Part shown: piece after piece, positions 56,612-64,000 of the stretch | Layout of the letters: each line of letters starts with the position of its first letter | Position numbering within the stretch: the stretch's first letter is position 1 | NCBI GenBank assembly: GCA_009781185.1 | Contig: WQYP01000003.1 | Location: 7,219 to 71,218, forward strand | Direction: 5' to 3' | From: Phycisphaerales bacterium | GTDB lineage: Bacteria; Planctomycetota; Phycisphaerae; WQYP01 | DNA length: 64,000 nt | Position numbers and translations under genes: made by a program | Notes under the pieces: model-generated | Database searches by the model: none | Seen by the model: only the letters and a program-made list of their open reading frames with translations | Told to the model about the DNA's origin: nothing

Positions 56612-57091
56612 CTAAACCATCCCCAGCTCCAACCTCGCCGCCTCGCTCAACCGCTCCCGCGTCCACGCCGGCTCCCACACCAGTTCCACTTCCGCCCGCC
56701 CCCGTCCCACCTCCGCCACGCCTTCCACCTTCTTTTTCACCGCCGCCACCAACTCCCCCGCCACCGGGCACCCCGGCGCCGTCAGCGTCATCTCAACCTT
56801 CACCCGATTCGTCGCATCAATCGTCAATTTATAGATCAACCCAAGATCGTAAATATTCAGCGGAATCTCCGGATCATAAATAGTTCGAATCGCTTCTATC
56901 ACTTTTTCCACCATCATTTTTTGCTCCATCGTCTCCGCCCCCACAATCTCCGTCGCCACTCCTTGTCCCTGTATTCCCGCCAAATCTCCCAATTTTTCCC
57001 GCCGCACCCTCTCTAAACGCTCCTCCTCTCCCCCTCCAAATTGAGCTAACGAAATCTTCTTCTTTTCTTCACTCATACTATCCGTATCCAT
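56612..57091 (-). CDS. sufT: Fe-S assembly DUF59/MIP18-family protein (SufT-like).
   Basis: …IYDPEIPLNIYDLGLIY…LTAPGCP… DUF59 signature; last gene of the suf operon. Confidence 0.65.
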   Translation of the reverse strand: MDTDSMSEEKKKISLAQFGGGEEERLERVRREKLGDLAGIQGQGVATEIVGAETMEQKMMVEKVIEAIRTIYDPEIPLNIYDLGLIYKLTIDATNRVKVEMTLTAPGCPVAGELVAAVKKKVEGVAEVGRGRAEVELVWEPAWTRERLSEAARLELGMV

Positions 57092-57140
57092 CCGTGGCCA
57101 TTCACATCATCTGTCTGTGTCTGTCCGTGTCTGTCTGTGG

Positions 57141-58874
57141 CTAATTTATATTGCCAATCGCCGCCGCCATTTCTCGAATTCGCTTTACCATTCCCGCCAG
57201 TCCATTCCGCCGTTGCGACGTAATAAACTGTTCCAGTCCGATTTGTCCGAAGAACCCTTCCACATCAAACCTCGCCACGTCGCCAGCCTTTTGCCCTGAA
57301 TAAATTTTTTCCAGCACCGCGATCAGCCCCCGCACAATCTCCGCATCCGCATCGGCCACGAATTCAAATACATCTTTCGTCCCCGGCCTTTTCCGCCCCA
57401 CCATATACACCTCGCTCATGCACCCCCGCACCCGCGGCGAAACCCGCTTGAGCATCCCCCACAACCTCGGCAACTCCTTCCCCAACTCCAACACATACTC
57501 GCTCTTCGCCTCTCGATCTTCCAGCAGCGCAAAGTCCGCCGTCAACGCCTCCGCCGCCGCTTCCACCCCCATCGCCGTCGCCACCGGATACTCAATCTCC
57601 TGGCTTCTGGCTTCTGGCTTCTGGCTTCTCTCCCCCGCGATCTTCTTCAATCCCTCGACAAGCGTATCGACTTCTGTCCGCGTATTATAAAACGCAAACG
57701 ATGCCCGCGCCGTCGCCATGACGCCGAACCGTTCCATCACCGGCATACAGCAGTGATGCCCCGTCCTCACACAAATCCCCTCACGATCCAATTTCACCCC
57801 GATATCCATCGTTGAGACTGCATCCATCACAAACGAAATCACCGCACTTTTCCGTTTCGCCGTCCCCACAATTCTTAATCCCGGCACCTCCCGCAGACGC
57901 TCCGTTGCATACTTCAGCAATTCTTGTTCATACGCTCCAATCCACTTCAGCCCTAAATCTTGCAAATAATCAATCGCCGCCCCCAGCCCCGCCACCCCCG
58001 CCACGTTCGGCGTTCCCGCCTCAAATTTCGCCGGCAACTCCGCGTACTCCGTCTTCTCAAACCGCACCGACGCAATCATGTCTCCCCCCCCCTGATACGG
58101 CGGCATCTTCTCCAGCAACGCTCGCTTCCCATACAATACTCCAATCCCCATCGGCCCCATCAACTTGTGTCCGCTGAACGCATAAAAATCACAATCCAAA
58201 TTTTGCACATCCGTCACCCCATGCGCTACCCACTGCGCCCCGTCAATCAGCACCATTGCCCCCCTCGCATGTGCCATCGCAACGATCTCCTTCACCGGAT
58301 TCACCGTACCCAGCGAATTACTGACATGATTCACTGCGACCATCTTCACCCACCCGCTCCTTAGCAATTCCTCCAAAATATCCAGCCGAATCTCCCCCTC
58401 GCCGGTAATCGGAATCACTTTGAGCTTCGCCCCCGTCGCTTCGCACACCATTTGCCACGGCACAATGTTCGAATGATGCTCCAAGTGCGAAATCACCACC
58501 TCATCCCCCACTTTCAAGTTTGCACGTCCCCAGCTCGACGCTACCAGATTAATCCCCTCGGTAGTTCCTTTCGTGTAAACAATCTCTGCTATCTCCGCCG
58601 CGTTGATAAAGTTGCGAACTTTTTCCCGTGTCTCCTCGTATACCGCCGTCGCCTCCTGGCTCAGCTTATACACCCCCCGATGCACGTTCGAATTCTGTTC
58701 CCGGTAAAACCGTTCCTCCGCCTCCATCACCGCCCGCGGCTTCTGTGCCGTTGCCGCGTTATCCAAATATATCAACGCCCGTCCATCCTCTCGCCTCCCC
58801 AAAATCGGAAAGTCCTTCCGCACCTTCTCCACATCCCACGCTACCGCACTAAAAATGCTCTCAATCGTACTCAT
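57141..58874 (-). CDS. sufS: Cysteine desulfurase SufS fused to a C-terminal SufE domain.
   Basis: Class V aminotransferase motifs (…FSGHKLMGPMGIGVLY…, …RTGHHCC…). C-terminal 140 aa …RVRGCMSEVYM…ADADAEIVRGL…QRRNGL… match SufE. The linker carries an in-frame ggcttct x3 array. Confidence 0.75.
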   Translation of the reverse strand: MSTIESIFSAVAWDVEKVRKDFPILGRREDGRALIYLDNAATAQKPRAVMEAEERFYREQNSNVHRGVYKLSQEATAVYEETREKVRNFINAAEIAEIVYTKGTTEGINLVASSWGRANLKVGDEVVISHLEHHSNIVPWQMVCEATGAKLKVIPITGEGEIRLDILEELLRSGWVKMVAVNHVSNSLGTVNPVKEIVAMAHARGAMVLIDGAQWVAHGVTDVQNLDCDFYAFSGHKLMGPMGIGVLYGKRALLEKMPPYQGGGDMIASVRFEKTEYAELPAKFEAGTPNVAGVAGLGAAIDYLQDLGLKWIGAYEQELLKYATERLREVPGLRIVGTAKRKSAVISFVMDAVSTMDIGVKLDREGICVRTGHHCCMPVMERFGVMATARASFAFYNTRTEVDTLVEGLKKIAGERSQKPEARSQEIEYPVATAMGVEAAAEALTADFALLEDREAKSEYVLELGKELPRLWGMLKRVSPRVRGCMSEVYMVGRKRPGTKDVFEFVADADAEIVRGLIAVLEKIYSGQKAGDVARFDVEGFFGQIGLEQFITSQRRNGLAGMVKRIREMAAAIGNIN

Positions 58875-58933
58875 ACTCTTATTCTACCATATCTGTGTCT
58901 GTCAGTGTCTGTCTGTGGCCAATTCCTGTCTCA

Positions 58934-60172
58934 TCACAGCAGCGCCACATCGTGCCGTGCCTCATCCGTGATCCGCAAATCCTGCGGCAGCCCATGCTGC
59001 GCCGCCATGAAATCCTCAATTCGCGTCCGCACCGGCGCCACTCGGATCCGCCGTGTGATATCCGCCGCGAACGCATAGGTCATCAGGTGCCGCGCCTGCG
59101 CCAAACTTAAACCTCGCGACACCAGATAAAACACCGCATTTTCATCCACAGGGCCGGTCGTCGATCCGTGCGTGCATTTCACATCATCCGCATAAATCTC
59201 CAGCGACGGCTGCGCGTTCATGCACGCCGTATCGGTCAAAAGCAGCGACTTACTCGTTTGCTTCGAGTCTGTTTTCTGTGCATCTTTCTGTACAAAGATT
59301 TTTCCTTTGAACACCGCCGTCGCCTTGCCGTCGAGTACATGCTTATATAGTTCGTGACTCGTGCAATGTCCCTTTTCATGATGCAGCAGCGTATGGTTAT
59401 CGATATGCTGCTCGTCCTTTGCAATTACCAGACCATTGAGCGTCGCCTCCGCCTCCTCGCCGCCCAAAAACACCTGCAGATCGTTCCGCGCCAGCTTGCT
59501 TCCCAGGCTCGTCGAATGGCTGACAAACAAACTCTTCGCCTCCAGATTTACCTGCTGCACCGCCACGTGATACGCCCCCATCCCCTCCTGCTGCAGTTTG
59601 TTATGATCCATCCGCGCCGATGGGCCCAGTACCATTTCCGTGATGGCATTGGTTAAATACTCCCCCCCCGCATCCTCTCCGCTGCCCGCATACGTTTCCA
59701 CCACCGAACATTCCGAATTCTCTTCCGCCACCACCAGCACCCGCGGAAAACTCGCCGCCACCGCCTCGGAAGGAGAGTGGGGAGCCACGGTTAAGAACAT
59801 CAGATGAATCGGCCGCTTGCACGCTGCTCCTCTGCCCACGTGTACTACTACCCCCCCACCGCCACCCGTGTTGATCGCCGCAAATGGATGCTCCGCAATC
59901 CTTGCATACTTGCCCAGATGTTTCCGTATCAGCACATCATCTTTTGCAATCGCCTCTTCCAGGCTCATCACGCGCACTCCCCCCATCCCAGGCAGACTGT
60001 CCAATGTCGACAGTTCCGCTTCGAAGTGTCCGTTCACGAACACCATTTCCGCCGCCGCCTGTTTCCCGAACGAATACGTCTCGGCCAATTCCCTCGCCGC
60101 AGCTTGCTCCGCACGTTCCGCTGGTGCAAAGTTCATTTCCGCCAGTATCTTGAAATTGAATGCGTCATTCAT
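58934..60172 (-). CDS. sufD: Fe-S cluster assembly protein SufD.
   Basis: Position between sufC and sufS; SufB/D-family C-terminal beta-helix region. The ORF is open to 60274 and would overlap sufC by ~95 nt, so the start at MMNDAFNF is preferred. Confidence 0.6.
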   Translation of the reverse strand: MNDAFNFKILAEMNFAPAERAEQAAARELAETYSFGKQAAAEMVFVNGHFEAELSTLDSLPGMGGVRVMSLEEAIAKDDVLIRKHLGKYARIAEHPFAAINTGGGGGVVVHVGRGAACKRPIHLMFLTVAPHSPSEAVAASFPRVLVVAEENSECSVVETYAGSGEDAGGEYLTNAITEMVLGPSARMDHNKLQQEGMGAYHVAVQQVNLEAKSLFVSHSTSLGSKLARNDLQVFLGGEEAEATLNGLVIAKDEQHIDNHTLLHHEKGHCTSHELYKHVLDGKATAVFKGKIFVQKDAQKTDSKQTSKSLLLTDTACMNAQPSLEIYADDVKCTHGSTTGPVDENAVFYLVSRGLSLAQARHLMTYAFAADITRRIRVAPVRTRIEDFMAAQHGLPQDLRITDEARHDVALL

Positions 60173-60179
60173 CATTTCA

Positions 60180-60956
60180 TTATTTCGCAGCGACTTCGTT
60201 TTCAACCCAGTCATATCCTCTTTCTTCCAATACCAGCGCCAGTTCCTTTCCGCCGCTCTTGATGATGCGCCCATCGATCATCACATGCACTTTGTCCGGC
60301 ACGATGTAATTCAGCAGCCGCTGGTAATGCGTTACCAGCAGAATCGCTTTTTTCGAATCCGACCGATGAATCTTGTTTACACCGGCCGCCACCGTTTTGA
60401 GCGCATCAATGTCCAGCCCCGAATCGGTTTCATCGAGCAACCCCAGCAGCGGATTGATCACTGCCATCTGGAACACTTCATTCCGCTTTTTTTCGCCGCC
60501 GGAAAAACCTTCGTTGATTGCCCGGTTCATGAAACTTTTGTCCATGCCGAACATCGCCATTTTTTCGTGGATCAGTTTCAGGAACTCCACTGCCGAAAGT
60601 TCTTTAAGTCCGTGATGTTTCCGAGTTTCGTTTACCGCCGCCTTCAAAAAGTAGCTCGTCGAAACTCCGGGAATCTCCACGGGATACTGAAACCCCAGAA
60701 ACATCCCTTCACGCGCCCGCTCCTCCGGCGACATCTTCAGCAAATCCTTCCCATTGAAGATCACCTGCCCCTGCGTCACCTCGTACACCTCCCGCCCGGC
60801 GAGCACCTGGCACAGCGTCGACTTACCCGACCCATTCTTCCCCATGATCGCATGCACCTCCCCCTCTTCAATAACCAAATCCACCCCCTTCAAAATATCT
60901 TTCCCCTCCTTTACCCGCGCACACAAATTCGATATCTCAAGCAAACCCATATTCAA
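60180..60956 (-). CDS. sufC: Fe-S cluster assembly ATPase SufC.
   Basis: Walker A GKNGSGKSTL, ABC signature LSGGEKKR, Walker B ILLVTHY. Confidence 0.85.
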   Translation of the reverse strand: MNMGLLEISNLCARVKEGKDILKGVDLVIEEGEVHAIMGKNGSGKSTLCQVLAGREVYEVTQGQVIFNGKDLLKMSPEERAREGMFLGFQYPVEIPGVSTSYFLKAAVNETRKHHGLKELSAVEFLKLIHEKMAMFGMDKSFMNRAINEGFSGGEKKRNEVFQMAVINPLLGLLDETDSGLDIDALKTVAAGVNKIHRSDSKKAILLVTHYQRLLNYIVPDKVHVMIDGRIIKSGGKELALVLEERGYDWVENEVAAK

Positions 60957-61011
60957 AACCTTTTAACTTTTAACTTCCTTTTATACTTTTATTCTTTGTA
61001 ACTTTTACTCT

Positions 61012-62493
61012 TCACCCCACCGATCCTTCCAAAGAAACCCCAAGCAATTTTTGGGCTTCCACCGCAAATTCCATCGGCAGCTCACGGAACACCTCCTTGC
61101 AGAACCCGCTAACAATCATGTTGATCGCATCCTCCAGCGAGATTCCTCGCGTTTTGCAGTAAAATAACTGATCTTCGCCGATCTTCGACGTCGAAGCTTC
61201 ATGCTCCACCCGCCCGGTCTTGTTCCGCACTTCAATATGCGGCGATGTATGCGCCCCGCACTTGTCACCCAGCAGCAACGAATCGCACTGTGTATAGTTC
61301 CGTGCATTCTCCGCCCGCGGCATGACCTTCACAAGACCGCGATATGTATTTTGCCCGAAACCCGCCGAGATGCCCTTCGACACGATTGTTGAGCGGGTAT
61401 TCTTGCCGATGTGGATCATTTTCGTCCCGGTGTCCGCCTGCTGGTAATGATGGGTCAGTGCCACCGAGTAAAACTCGCCGACCGAGTTATCTCCCTGCAA
61501 AATGCAGCTCGGATACTTCCACGTGATCGCGCTGCCTGTTTCCACCTGTGTCCATGTGATCTTTGAGTTCGTGAACGCTTTGCCGCGTTTGGTCACGAAA
61601 TTGTAAATGCCGCCCTTGCCGCTCCTGGGGTCGCCTGGATACCAGTTCTGCACGGTGGAATACTTGATGGTCGCTCCATCGAGCGCCACTAATTCAACAA
61701 CTGCCGCATGCAGTTGATTTTCATCACGGCGCGGAGCCGTGCAACCTTCCAGATAACTCACCGACGCTCCTTCATCCGCCACGATCAGCGTCCGTTCAAA
61801 CTGGCCCGTATTTTTCGCGTTAATTCGGAAATACGTCGACAGTTCCATCGGGCACTTAACGCCCTTGGGAATGTATGCAAACGACCCATCCGTAAACACC
61901 GCGGAATTGAGCGTTGCAAAAAAATTATCCGAGTACGGCACCACCGTCCCCAGATACTTCCGTACCAGCTCCGGATGCTTTTTCACCGCCTCCGAAAACC
62001 CACAGAAAACGATCCCCAAATCCGCCAACTTCTTCTGAAACGTCGTCGTCACCGATACCGAATCAAACACCGCATCCACCGCAATCCCTCCCCCCGTTTC
62101 CCCCTCAGTTCCCCCCTCAGTTTCAACGCCCGCCAACGCCGCCCGCTCATGCACCGGCACCCCGAGCTTCTCATAAACCTTCAGCAACTCCGGATCCACC
62201 TCATCAAGCGACTTGAGCTTCGGCTTGGGCGCCGAGTAATACTTGATCCCCTGATAATCAATCGCCGGATACGTCGCCTTCGCCCACCGCGGCTCCTTCA
62301 TCGTCAGCCAATGCCGGAACGCTTTCAGACGCCACTCCAGCAGCCACTCCGGCTCCGCTTTCTTGTGCGAGATGAACCGAATGATTTCCTCGTTCAGACC
62401 GAACGGCGCCTCGTCCGCTTCGATATCGATCGTCCATCCCCACTTGTATTCCTGGCCCGCCATCTGTTCGATTGTCTTTGTTGAGGTTGGCAT
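61012..62493 (-). CDS. sufB: Fe-S cluster assembly protein SufB.
   Basis: 493 aa. Conserved SufB C-terminal region (…[35 protein letters not shown]…). Confidence 0.8.
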   Translation of the reverse strand: MPTSTKTIEQMAGQEYKWGWTIDIEADEAPFGLNEEIIRFISHKKAEPEWLLEWRLKAFRHWLTMKEPRWAKATYPAIDYQGIKYYSAPKPKLKSLDEVDPELLKVYEKLGVPVHERAALAGVETEGGTEGETGGGIAVDAVFDSVSVTTTFQKKLADLGIVFCGFSEAVKKHPELVRKYLGTVVPYSDNFFATLNSAVFTDGSFAYIPKGVKCPMELSTYFRINAKNTGQFERTLIVADEGASVSYLEGCTAPRRDENQLHAAVVELVALDGATIKYSTVQNWYPGDPRSGKGGIYNFVTKRGKAFTNSKITWTQVETGSAITWKYPSCILQGDNSVGEFYSVALTHHYQQADTGTKMIHIGKNTRSTIVSKGISAGFGQNTYRGLVKVMPRAENARNYTQCDSLLLGDKCGAHTSPHIEVRNKTGRVEHEASTSKIGEDQLFYCKTRGISLEDAINMIVSGFCKEVFRELPMEFAVEAQKLLGVSLEGSVG

Positions 62494-62771
62494 CTGTATC
62501 GTTCCCCGGAGTGTCTCATGACACGGGCATTTTGTCCGTGCAAGCCGGGCGGAGGCACCCCACTATGCCTCCAACCTCGGCACCCACTATCCTACGCTCA
62601 ATTCTCCCAAATAGGTAGCGATTTTGAGACTGAATATCATTTAGACGGCACAAATTTCGCAACAACGATTATTTTAGCCATATTTGCTCTGTTGTCGGGC
62701 ACTTTTCTGGTATCATGGTGTTCACAAATTGGAGTAAAATCGCTCCAAAAAGTCACAAAGGAGCATGAAAA

Positions 62772-63101
62772 ATGCCCATTATTCTCTCTGAAACTGCCGC
62801 CAAAGAGATCAAAAATATCATTCAGAAGGAGGGTCTTTCCGAAGCTGTTGCTCTTCGCGTCGGCGTCAAGGGCGGCGGCTGTTCGGGCTTCTCTTACGTT
62901 CTCGACCTGACCGAAGCCGCCCCGGAAAACGACAAGGTCATGGAATGCCAAAACATCAAGATATTTTCGGATGAAAGAAGTTATCACTATCTCGACAACA
63001 CCGAAATCGATTTCAAGGACGACGTCACTGGCCACGGTTTTGTCTTCAAGAATCCCAATGCCACTCGCTCCTGCAACTGCGGCTCCTCTTTCTCTGTATA
63101 A
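62772..63101 (+). CDS. erpA: Fe-S cluster insertion protein (IscA/ErpA/SufA, HesB family).
   Basis: …GGGCSGFSY… and C-terminal …CNCGSSF three-Cys signature. Confidence 0.8.
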   Translation: MPIILSETAAKEIKNIIQKEGLSEAVALRVGVKGGGCSGFSYVLDLTEAAPENDKVMECQNIKIFSDERSYHYLDNTEIDFKDDVTGHGFVFKNPNATRSCNCGSSFSV

Positions 63102-63162
63102 AATTTCGAGTTTCAAGTTTCGAGTTTCAAATACGGTTTCTATAGCACGGAGGCTATACAAA

Positions 63163-64000
63163 TGGACACATTGATTATTGAAGGCGGCGTCCGTCTTCGC
63201 GGTTCGATCAAAGTCAACGGTTCGAAAAACGCTTCGCTTCCCATCATGGCTGCGGCCCTTCTTGCCAACGGACCCACGGCACTTAAGGAAGTGCCGAACC
63301 TTTCCGACATCAATCATCAAATCACGCTGCTCCGCGAGTTGGGCTGCAGCGTCGAGCGTCAGGCCGACGGGACGATGAAGATCGAAGTCACCGACGAGAA
63401 GAACTCTCACGCTCGCTACGATCTTGTTCGCAAGATGCGAGCCAGCATTTGCGTTCTCGGGCCGCTATTGGCCAAGCGTAGATTTGCACGTATTTCCATG
63501 CCAGGAGGCTGCGCCATCGGCGATCGGCCCGTCGATATCCATCTCCGCGGACTCGAAGCTTTGGGGGCCGTCATCGATCTTGACGGCGGCGATATTATCG
63601 CTCGCGCCGACAAACTCGTCGGCGCCGAAATTTTCCTCGGCGGCAACTTCGGCTCCACCGTCCTGGGCACCGCCAACGTCCTCTCCGCCGCTACGCTCGC
63701 CAAAGGCACCACCGTGATCGAGTCCGCCGCCTGCGAACCCGAAATCGTCGACCTGGCCAACATGCTCAACGCCATGGGCGCCAAGATCAGCGGCGCCGGT
63801 TCGCCTCGCATCGTGATCGAAGGCGTCAGTGAACTCCGTGGCGTGACCCACACGGTGATTCCCGATCGCATTGAGGCCGGCACTTTCATGGTGGCCGCCG
63901 CCATCACCAACGGTGAAGTCCAACTCGAAAACGTCCGCCTCAGCGACCTCATGGCCACCATCGACAAATTCCGCTCCATCGGCGTGATCGTCGAAAAAAA
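63163..64000 (+). CDS. murA: UDP-N-acetylglucosamine 1-carboxyvinyltransferase, 5' part (continues beyond the window).
   Basis: MDTLIIEGG…LRGSIKVNGSKNASLPIMAAALLA…; active-site Cys region …PGGCAIGDRPVDIHL…; no stop before the window end. Confidence 0.85.

Noticed and set aside
60180-60274. 95-nt overlap between sufC and the annotated sufD ORF start
   Set aside because: This is more parsimoniously a sufD start at the downstream Met-Met (60172), giving an 8-nt overlap, than a genuine long overlap.

Overview
High-GC (~60%) chromosomal segment, probably from a Planctomycetota-like genome. This is inferred from BatA/DUF4159-type proteins, PEP-CTERM anchor, Rho with long N-terminal extension, tandem GspF paralogs and weak Shine-Dalgarno usage. 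The gene content is mostly housekeeping and envelope functions. It includes a Bat-like DUF58/VWA operon; an EPS chain-length regulator pair (Wzz/EpsF-like + BY-kinase/EpsG-like) with a GT4 glycosyltransferase; a PEP-CTERM autotransporter-like protein next to a GT39/PMT-type glycosyltransferase; and a T2SS/T4P-like cluster (GspE, 2x GspF, pseudopilins). Housekeeping genes are asnB, rnd, trmB, rpsA, coaE, rho, tilS, mtnP, murA, iscA and a sufBCD-sufS/E-sufT operon. There is a small lower-GC islet carrying an IS-transposase remnant and a VapBC-like toxin-antitoxin pair. The most striking feature is not a gene cluster but the density of short repeat families. Several of them sit inside conserved protein-coding genes in-frame, in the manner of Rickettsia palindromic elements. 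(1) A ~75-90 bp palindromic element with half-site cagagccgcgaccgtNagggagcgac, inside asnB, the gspE-like gene and a gspF-like gene. (2) An identical 26-nt palindrome gttagcccccggctctgccgggggtt inside two CDSs, which also forms the rpsA terminator. (3) Heptamer tandem arrays of the TTCGAAA type. (4) AGCCAGA heptamer arrays. (5) A GACA/TGTC-rich palindrome family in the suf operon spacers. (6) A 24-nt stop-codon-embedded hairpin. (7) A ~115-nt structured element duplicated in front of two adjacent secreted-protein genes. (8) Numerous 7-13 nt homopolymeric G/C tracts that stay in frame. No CRISPR array, rRNA or tRNA was recognised.
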